From the NCBI GenBank assembly GCA_009103225.1, contig RHPI01003330.1, forward strand, positions 8,472 through 72,471: DNA of 64,000 nucleotides, written 5' to 3'. Made by a program: the position numbers and the translations under genes. The notes under the pieces are model-generated. The model did not search any database, was not told where the DNA came from, and saw only the letters and a program-made list of their open reading frames with translations. Position 1 is the first letter of the stretch, and each line of letters starts with the position of its first letter. This DNA comes from Chlorokybus atmophyticus (lineage: Eukaryota; Plantae; Mesostigma and Chlorokybus algae). This document shows positions 50,547-62,300 of this stretch, piece by piece.

Positions 50547-52451
50547 TTGCCGTTGGTTGACTCCAATTCAACAACAACCCTCAAGGTGTTTGAGGGCCCA
50601 CCCCTTTTGGTTGAGGGCTTCCGTGCTGGAAGAGCTATGAAATATGCCATTCTGTACTGTAGTCTTGGTCACATGACTCACATCTGGTACCTTCGCCCCA
50701 CCATGATGGAGCGCCATGCGCTTATCAAGGGTATGCTGTGCAGTTGGTCTTAACCGGGTTTGTTAACCCTGTCGAGTGACGGCGGTTTTCAAGAGTCCGG
50801 TTGAACTACGAGGTAAGAAACTCCACACGTAACTATATACGTAACTGTAGGAGATTCTACCGTACACTATATCGTACCGTTCTCCAAGCCAGTTACGACA
50901 AACGCCTGCGTACAGGCCGCCGGTCAACAAGCGGCAGATGGGTCATTGCATATATGCATGAAAATATTGGTAGTTCAATCCACCGCATGCATTATACCAA
51001 CATTAGTGCGTTGGGACAGGTTAACAGGCCGTTAAACCGGCGGGCTTTGAGGGCAGTAGTGTGACATCATTTAACCATTCTCATGACGCGGCTTCGGACT
51101 TCTCGACACAGGCAACAACGTCAATGATAAGGGCGTCATTGACAGTCTGTCACGGGTTTTGCTGAACGTTGAAGTTGATGATGGCTCGGCGTCATAAAAT
51201 GACCGACGCTCGGCACTTCTGACTCAAAGTGCATCGCTGTCGTTGTCAGTGGCTAGTACCTTAAAGTACAACCGCGTTACGCTGTACGTATGGCATGTTG
51301 CACAGTTAGTTGCAGTCAACACGGTACAGCATTGCAAGCTGTACCGCACACGATTTACAGTTAAAGGTGTAACCAGTGCCTCTGTTCCGTGGTTTCCAGA
51401 CCCAGAATGCAGCTCCGCAAAAGCGCTCTGCATGGCTTGATGGATTTTCAAGGACTCCTCGAAAAGCCCAGAATCCCCGTTCCTATTCGGCAGCAGGACG
51501 CGGGACCCCTTGATTGCTGACAGCCCAGTCTGTCACTGAGCAGCACCGTACAACTACAGCTGTCTGTGCTACGGGATAGTAGGCTGGTCTGCCCGCTCTA
51601 TCACCGGCGTAGGCCGGTCAGGCTTTCGCTTCACAGGCACCACCACCTTGATCTCTGGCTACACCGTCCGGCAGATTAAAACCGTTGCCGGTCAGCGCAT
51701 CAAGCTTTGGCGATATTTGTCAGCGCCAGCCTGCAGTTACTGCAGGCGGGCCGTTTACCCAGCTACCACACAACAGCTGTCAGAGCACGCTCTGTCTGAC
51801 CGAAATTCGCGGGAGGCCGTGAGCGAGAATTTCGCTACTGCTAGAGGAGTCGGGGCGGCGGCGGCAGTTTGCATTGCATTGCTCGTCCTCCCCCCTTTGC
51901 CATCATCGTCAATCACAGACAGAGGATTCTGCTCTGTGCTGCAGTAGTAGTCTCTCCTTGGTAGTGCAGCGGGCGTTCTAGCCAGCGGTGTCGTGGCCAC
52001 ATTGTGCCAGGCAGCCTGCCGGACCTTGTTAGGGTGCGGGGCGGCCAGACGGACTGTCAGTGTAGTGCGGGGCGGAGGATCATCGGTGTCAGTGAAGGCG
52101 ACGGCAATTGCTGCCACTGTTGCTAGCCGGGCGCTCTCTTGCTTCTTAAAGGCAGTAGTGGGGCTCTGTGTCGGAGGCGGCGATCATCAGTGTGTTGGAG
52201 TGAGTGAGTGAGTGAGTGAGAGCGTCACAGCGCGGAGAGCGGCGACGTGCTGCGCGCTGCCCAGCAAGCGAGCGAGGGCTTGTCGTGTTGGTGTTGGTAA
52301 GGGCGGCGACGTCGTCTCTCCCAAGGGTGCGGGCGTGGTCGAGGGGGAGTGAAACGTGCTTTGAGGGGCAGCTGTGCTGTGGTGAAGTTGGTTGGGTTGA
52401 GCTGAGTGGAGCTGAGCTGGGTAGAGTGTTGTCTTGCTGCTGAGTGTTGGG

Positions 52452-53144
52452 ATGGAGGCGGCGACTGCTGTGAGGGTGGCGTCCTGTGGGTTTGCGTCTT
52501 CATCGACGTCGTCCGCAAGCTCATCATCAAGATTGCGGCTCAGACAACCGCAGCCTGCTCGGGCGGCGGCGGTGGTGGGCGTGCGGCAGCAGAGGCGGCT
52601 GTCAGCCCTGCGCAAGGATGGAGCTTACCCCGAGGGAGCGATGGACCTGGCCTGCGCTGCACCTGTGCATCCTCCTACTCCTTCGGCGGCTCCGGCACGG
52701 GCGGCGCTGGACACCATGGTGCCCTTATTGACGACGACGCAGCACACAGGCCGGCCGGCATCACACTTCAGGACTGTGGATGGCGTGCGCGTGGTGTGCG
52801 GGAGCCGTGGCTGCCGCCCCGTTCTTGATGATGAGGAGTTCTTTGAGTCGGAGCTGGAGGCGGAGGCCCTGCCAGATGTGGACCAGGACGCCGGCCTGGC
52901 CTTCTCCAGAAACATGTTCGCCGTCGCTGCGAAGCAAGGCAATGACGAAGCCTGGTACAAGCGCCAGCTGGCGCGCGCCCCCCGCGATCCCACCCTGCTC
53001 GCCAGCTATGCCCACTACGTCTGGAAGTCCCTCGGCAACACAGCCAAGGCGGACGCCCTGTACCAGTGCGCTTTAAAGGAAGCCCCCACCAACGCCGCAA
53101 TCCTTGCAAGCTACACCCATTTCCTCTTCCGCTCTGAGAGCTGA
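52452..53144 (+). CDS. Intronless TPR-like protein with a predicted plastid transit peptide
   Basis: Ser/Ala/Arg-rich N-terminus. The C-terminal WYKRQLARAPRDPTLLASYAHYVWKSLGNTAKADALYQCALKEAPTNAAILASYTHFL resembles the land-plant TPR-like family (Y..MI..NP.NPLLL.NYA.FL). Confidence 0.75.
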   Translation: MEAATAVRVASCGFASSSTSSASSSSRLRLRQPQPARAAAVVGVRQQRRLSALRKDGAYPEGAMDLACAAPVHPPTPSAAPARAALDTMVPLLTTTQHTGRPASHFRTVDGVRVVCGSRGCRPVLDDEEFFESELEAEALPDVDQDAGLAFSRNMFAVAAKQGNDEAWYKRQLARAPRDPTLLASYAHYVWKSLGNTAKADALYQCALKEAPTNAAILASYTHFLFRSES

Positions 53145-54340
53145 GAGAGAAGCAAAGCAAGGAGCAAGGTTGCTGCCCAGGGCGGGCATGTGCAGGCGGG
53201 TTGGGTTGCTGGTGTTGGTGTGGAAGATTGAGCACAAGAAGGTTGCAGGCGCGTTGATAGCTGTATGTACAATCAGTACGGGGTTGCAATAGATTTGAAG
53301 CTGCTGCAGTGATTTAGCAGCGAGAACGCTTCTGTTCATACTGTATAACTCTATAGCTGGTTTATGATGATACCTTACATGGTTACATACACCTTTATAC
53401 TCCCAGATTTGGCTGCTTCTTGCTGTTCTGTGCCTCAGTGATTTCTCCATCTCTCTCAATGCATTGTGTGCATGCTTGGCTGTGTGCGATGCATTCTTTC
53501 TGGAATCATGGAGTTGGTTGCAGTTGAGTAATGGTCGTGCTGCTACCTGTGGACATTGCCCAGATTGCAGTGCTGTGTGCGATGCATTCTGCCCAACTTG
53601 ACCTTGCATACAAGCCATGACATCTTGCAGTAACCAAGTTGCAGTCCGTGATCCTCATGCGAAGCCTGTCTGTCAACAGTACGAGGGAGTTCCAGTGTGG
53701 TCTTCTTGCCTGATGCTTGCCTACTGTGATGATACTTGCCTAGCCTTGTCTGCCGCACATCTCCGAATCCAAAAGTTTTGTATGTTTGCACACAAGGAAG
53801 ATAGCCACTGCATTACCTTTGCATACTTTGCTAGCTTGGGTGTGTATTCTGTTTGCTGCTGCCTAGTGTGTGAGTGCGCTTTGCATCAGAACCACTCGGA
53901 TAGCTCATGCTGGTGAGTTATAGTATGGTGGCTTGTTCCAGCACACTTTTGCAACATGGTGAGGAGCAAGCAAACATACACCATGCTGGCATAGCAGCAT
54001 ACCCGTTTTGCACCCATGCCAGTCGATGGGCGTTATTGGAGTGTCTAATCACTCTGCCTTGGTCTGAGGCGGCTGTCTGAGTAAAATGCACTTGCGCACA
54101 GCTGGCTGTCGTGTTTCGGTGCTGGCAGCATGCCTCACATGTTCAAGATCTTGTGATATGAGCTATAGCGTGCCTTGCCCTTGGCTGAGCAACATCGCCA
54201 AAACTCCGACCTGTGCTTGCAAATACGCCCCAGCACAGTAGTTGAATAAATAATGTCACCAGAGCATATTACACAGCGTACATAATGTAACCCAGCATCT
54301 ACACAAATGTCACCGCTACTCTGTTGCACGACTATTGCTA

Positions 54341-56571
54341 CTATTCAGCCGCCTCTTCACCCTCCCCTTCGCCTTCCCCTTCACCCTCTCCCTCTCCCTC
54401 TCCCTGCACCTCTTCCTCAGGCGCAGGCGGTGGTGGAGGGGGCGGCGGCAGATCCGTTGACTCCACCAGAGGCCCAGCGTACTCTTCCTGCACGGGTGGT
54501 GGAGGCGCCGGCGTGTACTCCTGATGCTTCAGACCCCACCCAACGTACACGTTTGCAAAACCCTGCGGCATCATCACTGCGCACGCCCCAGGCCACGCCA
54601 GTGACCTTGCCGCCCACACCTGTAGATGTATGAGATGGTTGGTGTTGTGAGCAACAGCATAGGTCAGTCTCTCATGCACACTCTCCTTTTGTAACTCACT
54701 TTGTTCAGCAGCCCGGGACGAGATGTGGACGTGTGAAGGCTCCACGCAAGGTCGCCGCCTTCATCCAAGGGCGTGTCTTTGTCCAGAGTAGAGAGGGATT
54801 CCGCAGCCTACACACGCACACGTACAGTCAGCACACCAGCGTCCAACACAACACACAAGCAAACCCAACAGCCGCTCTCACCTCTTCCGGCTCCTCGCCA
54901 TCCGTGACTGCCTTCTTCTCCCCGCCCTCGGCACCCTCGGCGCCCTCACCCTCCTCGGGAGCCTCCCACGCCGTCTCGCGCCCCTGCCGCAGGAGCTTCA
55001 TGCGCCGGTGCGCCCACCCGTCCATGCCGGGAAGAGTGTCCGGGAACGCCCATTCGGCGTTCTGCACTAAGCCCTCACCTGCGTGAAAGGTGTAACTGGT
55101 TGGTGTGTTAATTGTTGATTGGACTTTGGAAATGGTTGATTCAGTTACCGTTGTACTTACCTTCTTCAGCGGTGGTGAAGTAGCTTGCGGGGCAGAGAGT
55201 TGTGGCTGCGGCAATGCGGGCAATCTGAGCCCGGAGGAAGTGCGCTTCTGTGCCAGGAAACGAAGGGAAGCCAGGCAGCTCTGCCTGGTTGTGTGTTGCG
55301 AGCGAGTGAGAGGTTTGTTACTGAGCGTGTTGGTTACTAAGCGTGTTACTGATTGTTCATCTAGCCAAGCCTCACCTTCCTCTCTCTTACTCCCTACCTG
55401 CAAGTCTCCTGTGAGCACACGTTTGAGCTGTCGCGCGGTGGTGATCTGCAGAGGGGTGATGCTCGGGAGGCGCGTGAAGGGCCCGCCGAGGAATGTGCAC
55501 GTCCAGTACGTGTGCGTGTTGGACCCGCTGCCCTCTTCTTCCGCCGGCGCACCCTGCGTGTGGTGCGCTTGTCAGTGTCCAACCAAACACTCTTGTCTTT
55601 CACTGAACCCAACATGTTGCGTTCCCTCACCCCGGTTGGTCGGCCCCACATGTTTTCCTCCACGGCTGCCAACGGCTCCTTCATAGTGGACTCATACACG
55701 TAATACACTCCACGCATTGCAAAGAACTTGCCGAAGAACCGCACTGTCGCCAGCTGTGACGCACGACAACTACTATCAGATGCCTGTGCAATGCATCCCG
55801 CATGCAACAACACTCTCTCCCGCGTGTGTACCTTCTTGGCAGGGTCGCGGGCGAGGCGGCTCATGGCGGCAGCGACAGCGACAGCCTCGGAGCGCCCGAG
55901 CCCGCCCGCGATGCCAACGGCGTCAAAGGCGTAAGCCATGGGGCCGCTGCAGCAGTCGTCCCCAACGACCTCGCACTCGTTCGGAGGCTCGCTGGAGGAC
56001 TCTTCCGCAGACTCTTCCGCGGCCTCTGCCGGGGACCTGTCATTACATACATAATCAAGCTCAACACTAGACTGAAATCACTAGACTCAATTTTGCACCA
56101 CACCAGACGAGAGTCCACAGACTTAAGTACTGACCAAACCGTGTTGATGTCATAGCACGCCTAAGCACAGCATCTGACTAAGCAAAGTGAAATGATGCTA
56201 TATTACACCTGAACAGATCGTTTCTGGCGACGGCCCTGGTGGCGTCCCTGGCGCTGTGTTCGGGGCCGGCGGAGGCCAAGGCGACGCCTGTGGGGCGGCA
56301 TCCCGTCTTCTTGCAGCGCAGAGAGGTCTCTATCAAGTCGATTGCAGAGGCAGGTCGCTCCTCCAGAACCTAAAAGAGCTTTGATTTGAACATTACAGTA
56401 GCAGACACTTCAATTCCAACAAAAGTGTAGTCTTTGCACCCGCTTGACCTTAAGGAGGACGCTGCTGAGGTGGTCGAAGACATTCTCCCCGCTGGTAGTC
56501 TTGGTTTTCTGCAAGTACGCCACGGCGTCCTTAACCGCCGCCGCAATGGCGGCCTCCCCTCCCGCCCCCAT
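54341..56571 (-). CDS. RSP4/6: Flagellar radial spoke head protein 4/6 family, spliced
   Basis: AVAYLQKT...VFDHLSSVLLK|VLEERPASAIDLIETSL; VRFFGKF; GSNTHTYW; LPSITPLQITTARQLKRVLTGDL; FPGTEAHFLRAQIARIAAAT; RSLAWPGA...FANVYVGWGLK; Pro/Glu-rich tail. Confidence 0.95.
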
Positions 56572-56878
56572 GTGTACACACAAGGGCCTCCCTTCGCAAC
56601 ACTTCCACCCGCAGCAGCACCTCCACCTCCACCTCCACCGCCGCCGCCGCCGCCGCCGCCACAACGGCAGGCACCCACGTGGCTATTTTGAGAAGGCCCG
56701 CCAACAATCTCCCGAGCAAGCAAGTCACGTGACTTAGCTGCAAACACGCACAATTACGACAGATTACGTCCCGAAGTTACTCCATGAACGTAGCCAGATA
56801 CGCCTGGTGGTGGGCGGCGTTGTCAGCGGTGTTGGTGGCGGCGTGACTGGCGGTGCTGATTGGGAGACAGGTCACATC
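56572..56878. promoter_or_regulatory. Bidirectional promoter/5'UTR region between RSP4/6 and RSP8
   Basis: 307 bp between divergent ATGs. Perfect palindrome AAGTCACGTGACTT at 56722-35, G-box CCACGTGG at 56675-82, and further ACGT cores near 56765 and 56788. Confidence 0.65.
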
Positions 56879-59061
56879 ATGGGGCTGGAGGAAAATGGGG
56901 AGCACATGGCCAGGGTGGCTACCAGGGACAATCCGCCGCCTCAGGCTGTTGGCGCTGTCACGAGGGGGTTTGGAGACTTCGCCTACAGCAAAATGGTGCG
57001 CACATGAGTGGTTGACCTGTGTCAGCACCCAAGGATGCTTTCCAGACTATACATAGACAGACGCACACTGCACACAAATAGATGCACAGACTCACTCACG
57101 CACGCGTATACACGCACAGTCATCAAGTCCACATCATCGATAACAGCATCTAGCATGGAGGACTGTGACATCATTATGCGCTCCTCGCATTATTCAACAC
57201 CATCACAACCACACGAGCACACTTACCCTTCTGTTTCACTCTACAGGTTCGGCAGTGCTTGGACGCTGACTGCGATGTGCGACGGCGGGCTTTGATTGCG
57301 GCGGGGGAATTACTGGTGGACCAGCGGGACCGCCTGCGCTGCTTTAAAGCCGGTGAGAGCATTACAACATCATGGATCCAGTCCTGCGTGAGTAAAAGCA
57401 AGGCTGGACAAATGAAGTGACAAATCAATGTGATTGCAGGGCTAGTTCAAGCAATACATGAGAACTTGGTCCAAGATGACGTGAGCGTGAGAGAAGCTGC
57501 CGCTACGCAGTGCGTGTCTGTAGCAGGTGAGTCCACATCAGTGTCATGTTGTCGTGAAGACAGCGCTGAGAAGGTTTTTGTTTCTGAGCTGTGCGATTGG
57601 GACGCTTGCAGGTTCGTCGCGCGGGTGCGAGGAGTTGATAAAGACGCAAACAATAGACACTCTGGTTTTCTTGGTGCGAGAACACACTGTAGAGTTAGCT
57701 TAACACTGTGCGGTTGCCCAAAGATGCTGACACACTTCGCTTTCAGTTGACTGATCTAGAATACCCAGTGAAGGCGAAAGCGGCTGAGGCGCTTGCAACA
57801 GCCGCAGCATTTCCATCAGGTGACTGCAAGAGTGAAAGAGAGTGCTCTTACTTGATCTAGCTCATGTTATCTTTATGTTGCAGTCTGCGCACGACTGAGC
57901 AATGCTCCAAGTTCACTCCTCTCTCTCATCCTGCTACGCGCTCTCCACGCGCCCTCCACGTACACATGCGAACTCCTTCTCACCACCCTAGTCCGGGCGC
58001 TAGAAGGTACGTGTACGTGTGTACGTGTGTACGTGTGCACGCGCTCATCACCAACGTTGGTTTGATTACAGATGGCAATGCGGTTGGCGAGCTGGCAGCG
58101 TGCGATGCAATAGAGGCGGCGGTGGGTGTCATCACCAGGGTTGGTGCCGAGAGGGACCAGGAAGGAGTCCTCACCGCCGCGGCCGCGCTCATCAGAGCAA
58201 TGTGGTGAGCTTCAAGGAGATGGAGATCTCCATACTGTAGAACAGTGTAGATTACACATGGACCCCGCACTTATGCTGTGAACTCATACTAAACCTATAT
58301 CTGAGCTCCTGAATCGCCCCACAGCGCCACAGAAGTCCTTAAGTCCCGCGCTGTGGCTGCCGGTGCTGTTCCCGCCCTGGTCACTCTCCTCAACAGCCAC
58401 AATGACATCTCCCTGCTCCAGGCAGCCGCCTCCGCCCTTATGACGTGAGCTGCTTCTGTCGTAGCAACACAACATAGCAAGGCAACTCAGCACAATACGC
58501 AATAGCGCACAATCAAGTTTCTAACAGCATTCCTGCCTGCCTGCAGCGTGACACTGGTGGACTCCGGTAAGGTTGCAGCGGTTGAGGCAGGCGCGTTGGA
58601 GGCCGTCGCAACGGTGCTGGCCAAGCTGAGCAAGAGCGCGGGCATGGGGCGGGCCGGTGGTGCGAGAGAGGCCCTTTGCGTCAACTTGCTGCAAGTAAGT
58701 GGGGATGTCTTGACCATGACACGCAAGAGTTGTGACAGTCACACGCAAATGTTGTGTCGCGTTTCTCAGCTGAAGGTTCGAACCTGTGTACATCTGTTGC
58801 ACACAGGCAATCACGTCGATGGCAGAGTTACCTGCCGGTCGGCGGGCGCTTCTTCCGTTGTGCGAGGGTCAGCTCTCAACACTCCTCTCGCTTCAGTCTT
58901 CGAATTCAGCTAGCAACACTCCCGCTCCGCCAGCTGCTTCTCCTCCACACTACGACTCACTGGTAGCGACGCACGTGGCCGCTGCGCTGAGACAAGTGCG
59001 GTACCTGCATCGGCCGCATGAACGCTTGTCCTCCACCAACTTTACTGCTGTAGAGGGATGA
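56879..59061 (+). CDS. RSP8: Armadillo-repeat radial spoke protein 8 (RSPH14/RTDR1 family), spliced
   Basis: VTRGFGDFAYSKM|VRQCLDADCDVRRRALIAAGELL; AAASALMT|VTLVDSGKVAAVE; LCVNLLQ|AITSMAELPAGRRAL; C-terminal AAALRQVRYLHRPHE. These match my recollection of Chlamydomonas RSP8 and human RSPH14 motif by motif. Eight introns splice in frame. Confidence 0.85.
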
Positions 59062-59379
59062 TCGGCTCAGACAGTGTTGCAGTTGCTTTGTTGCTATGCA
59101 AATCCGGAGCGGGGAGGTGGCGTGGGGTGGGTGAGGTGCGTGGGGGTGGGGGTAAGGGGAGATATGATATTACTTAATAATATATCAATGATATGGCACT
59201 CCTGCTAATACCAGCAACATGTCTCTTCCTCTCAATATCAGCATACATACACCTCCCAACTCTGTACACACTACGCGGGGTTCAGTTCTACCACACTGTC
59301 AAAGCAAACGGAAGGCGCAACATATACGTAGTTCCCTCTCTGCTAGCAATTGCTGATAGCTTCTACACAACACTTGTTC

Positions 59380-62300
59380 TCAGGAGGAAACGTAACTACC
59401 GGTTGATGCGCTGCCAGGGACGCTACCATTGTGGTTCTGCCGGTCATCCGCATCACCGTTATTTTTGTTGGAATCAGCCCCAACCCTCTGATCAGCACCG
59501 TCATCGTGCGGCTTTCTATCCGGGTCAAACTGTTTGGGTATGCCAAAGTTTTCCGTCTGCGCCTTGTAGATGTCCCAGAAAGGGAGTTCCCATTTATCAT
59601 TCGGGTACGCCGTTTGCTTCCACGCTTTCAACGCCTTGGCGTACGCGCCCATCATGTGGCGTGAGACACTGCCGCACGCTAGGAGGTGTAAGACGGCCAC
59701 CTCTGCAAAGGTCGGCTGTATCAACAGCAGGTTGTGGGATCTCTCCAACAACACCAAATAATCCACGTGCTCGAACCCGAATATTCGCCATGGCACGTAT
59801 GTCACCTGTAACACGATTTTATCAAGCTATGCCCAGCTGCGCATCATAGATTTCGCAGCTGTGTGGTGATGCACATGATACTTTTGTTAGTTGCTGTGGG
59901 ATGCGTGGATGTGCTGATGCCGCAACCATGTACCTCATCGCGGGCATGAGCAATGCGAAATGACCAAGTCACCAACTTGTCGTAACTGCGCACGAAGGCT
60001 GGGTTGCCAACTCTTGGGGAGCCGAAGGTATAGACGAACAACTGCCAACGCGATGTTCAGGGAAAGTACCATTTTTGGTATTGGCCAGTAGTGGTGGGAA
60101 GTTATTCCAAATGCAACAAACCTCTGAGGGCTGTAGTTGCATGATGCGGCGCAAGTCATATGCGCACAATGTTGCCTCTGCAGCTCCCAGGCTATGCCCT
60201 GTGACCAGAATTGGCCTCTGATTCTGTTCAAGCTGTTCATAGACGCAGTTGAAGACCTGCAACACACGTTGTTGAACTACACGCATTGCCACGCAGTGCC
60301 TGCATTAATTGTGCAGAAATTTACCTGCTCTGCCAGCCGCTGCCAGGCATAGTAGAACCTGCATGTTATGTTATGATCACAGTTGCATCGTAATAAACGG
60401 CACTATCCGCCCCCCCCCCCCCCCCCCNNNNNNNNNNNNNNNNNNNNNNNNNNNNNNNNNNNNNNNTCTACCCTTGGCTATGCTGCGGTGTCAAGAAAAG
60501 TGGAAGCTGCAGCTGAGCCGAGCTACAAAACCGCAGCACTACCCCCCCGCCCCCTCTGTGGTTGCTACCATAACCATAACATTAGCCACTGGCATATGTA
60601 ACACCATATGCAACACGAGCGTGGTGACATGGACGAACCCTGAATGTACGCGAATCAAACCACCACCCACGGCTCGATTCTTCAACTCCGTGACGGCCTA
60701 AGGAGGAATGCATTTATGCCTGAGCGAATCAGCTTCAGGACCTCGTTTACACTCGCATGCACGGATCCTATCAACCAACCTGCACGATATTTCCCGCTGG
60801 GCCCACACCCTTCCTGTAAAGTTGATCGCTCAATGCCTCCCCAGTTTTCTGCCCGGCTGCAAGATAGCCAAGCATTGATTCACAGCAATGTCCTGATGTG
60901 ACATGCGTTATTCGTACCAATGACCAACCTTGCCCTCGCTTCAGAAAACGCAGAGGTAAAAGATTGGCCAGCCCTTGAAGCCAACCTCTCACCATTGCGA
61001 CTGCACTGCGCCTCGGTTTCAGCGCCTGACCAGCGCGCTCTGCCGCCTCCGCTGGGTTTGAAGCCGCTGCGGGAGTGGAAAGCGACCTCACAAGTGCTGT
61101 CTGGCGAACAATCGCTTCGGGTTCGTCCATCTCACCTCGCTCAAGCGACTGCAATTCCTGTTTGCAAGTGTTGCAAGCTGAAATGATAACACATTATACG
61201 GATGGTCGCAAAGATTGCTGGTAGGTGTAACTGCTGCGGCAACAAAGCATCTGCCAACAGTGTGCGCGTACACGCGCATGCGTGTAGATGTGTGTATTCA
61301 TGTGTGTGTGCGCGCGTGTGTTGTTTCATCCTCTCACCTGTTCAAGCCTGCGCTCAATAGTGGACCGACTCCTTTGCACAGGCTGTTCAATATCGGGAGC
61401 AGCGGTTGTGGCAACTGCTTGGTAGTTGCGTTTTGGAATGTAAGGCGCACTCAAGTCCAGGTTTGTCAACCGGAAACGCAGGTCAACTTTTGCGTTTGCC
61501 AAGGACGCCGTCCCTCGGAAGGCGATGACAATGAGCTTCCTGCAACAAAACAACAAATATTTTGGACGGTCGTGTTTTGTGCGCAGAAAAGCTCTCTGCT
61601 GTGCCACACAGGGCTATGTTAATTTGATCTAAGCGCACTTGGAGCTGCACACGAATGCGCTGGAGTCCGTTTCTGGATCATGAAATTCCCCTACGCATTC
61701 GTAGCTCTCTCGATAGCGTTCTGCCGCCTTCTTGAGGGTTAGTTTCACAGTGGGCAAAGAGAAGTACGCCAGCATTGAGAAGTTGAAGGCACGCACGCTG
61801 CACAACAACCGTCATTACTTTGCTGTATGCAGTGCGGGCCATGTTCTGCATAGCAAAATTGCTGCTTACGCGCTTTCCAGCGAAAAGCAAGGGTTGTTGC
61901 TCCTTTTGCATCCCGAGTCACGCAGCGAAAATGACGGAAAACCTTCCTGAAGCGCTTCCCACTTCCAGTTTGGATCACCAACAAACCAACCGCGCCAACC
62001 AACGGAGTCTGCTGGGAGGTGAATGGCCGCCTGTCATACATGAGTCAGTCTAATCATTCACTACCACGCACAGGACGCACAAACTGAGTAGACATTGATT
62101 GACTGTGAAGTACACACAGTCAGTGCGTACCTGCGAAAACAACCAGAAGACGACAATGATATCAAGGCCTTCAAGGGCATATGTCGGGCCCTCAAAGTTC
62201 TTAAACTGGCCATTTGGTGTGATAAAACTGTCCAGCGGCAAGAGCCCCAATGTTATAGCTCCAAGCGACATTAATGAAGCCCACAGTAACACCGTGCTCA

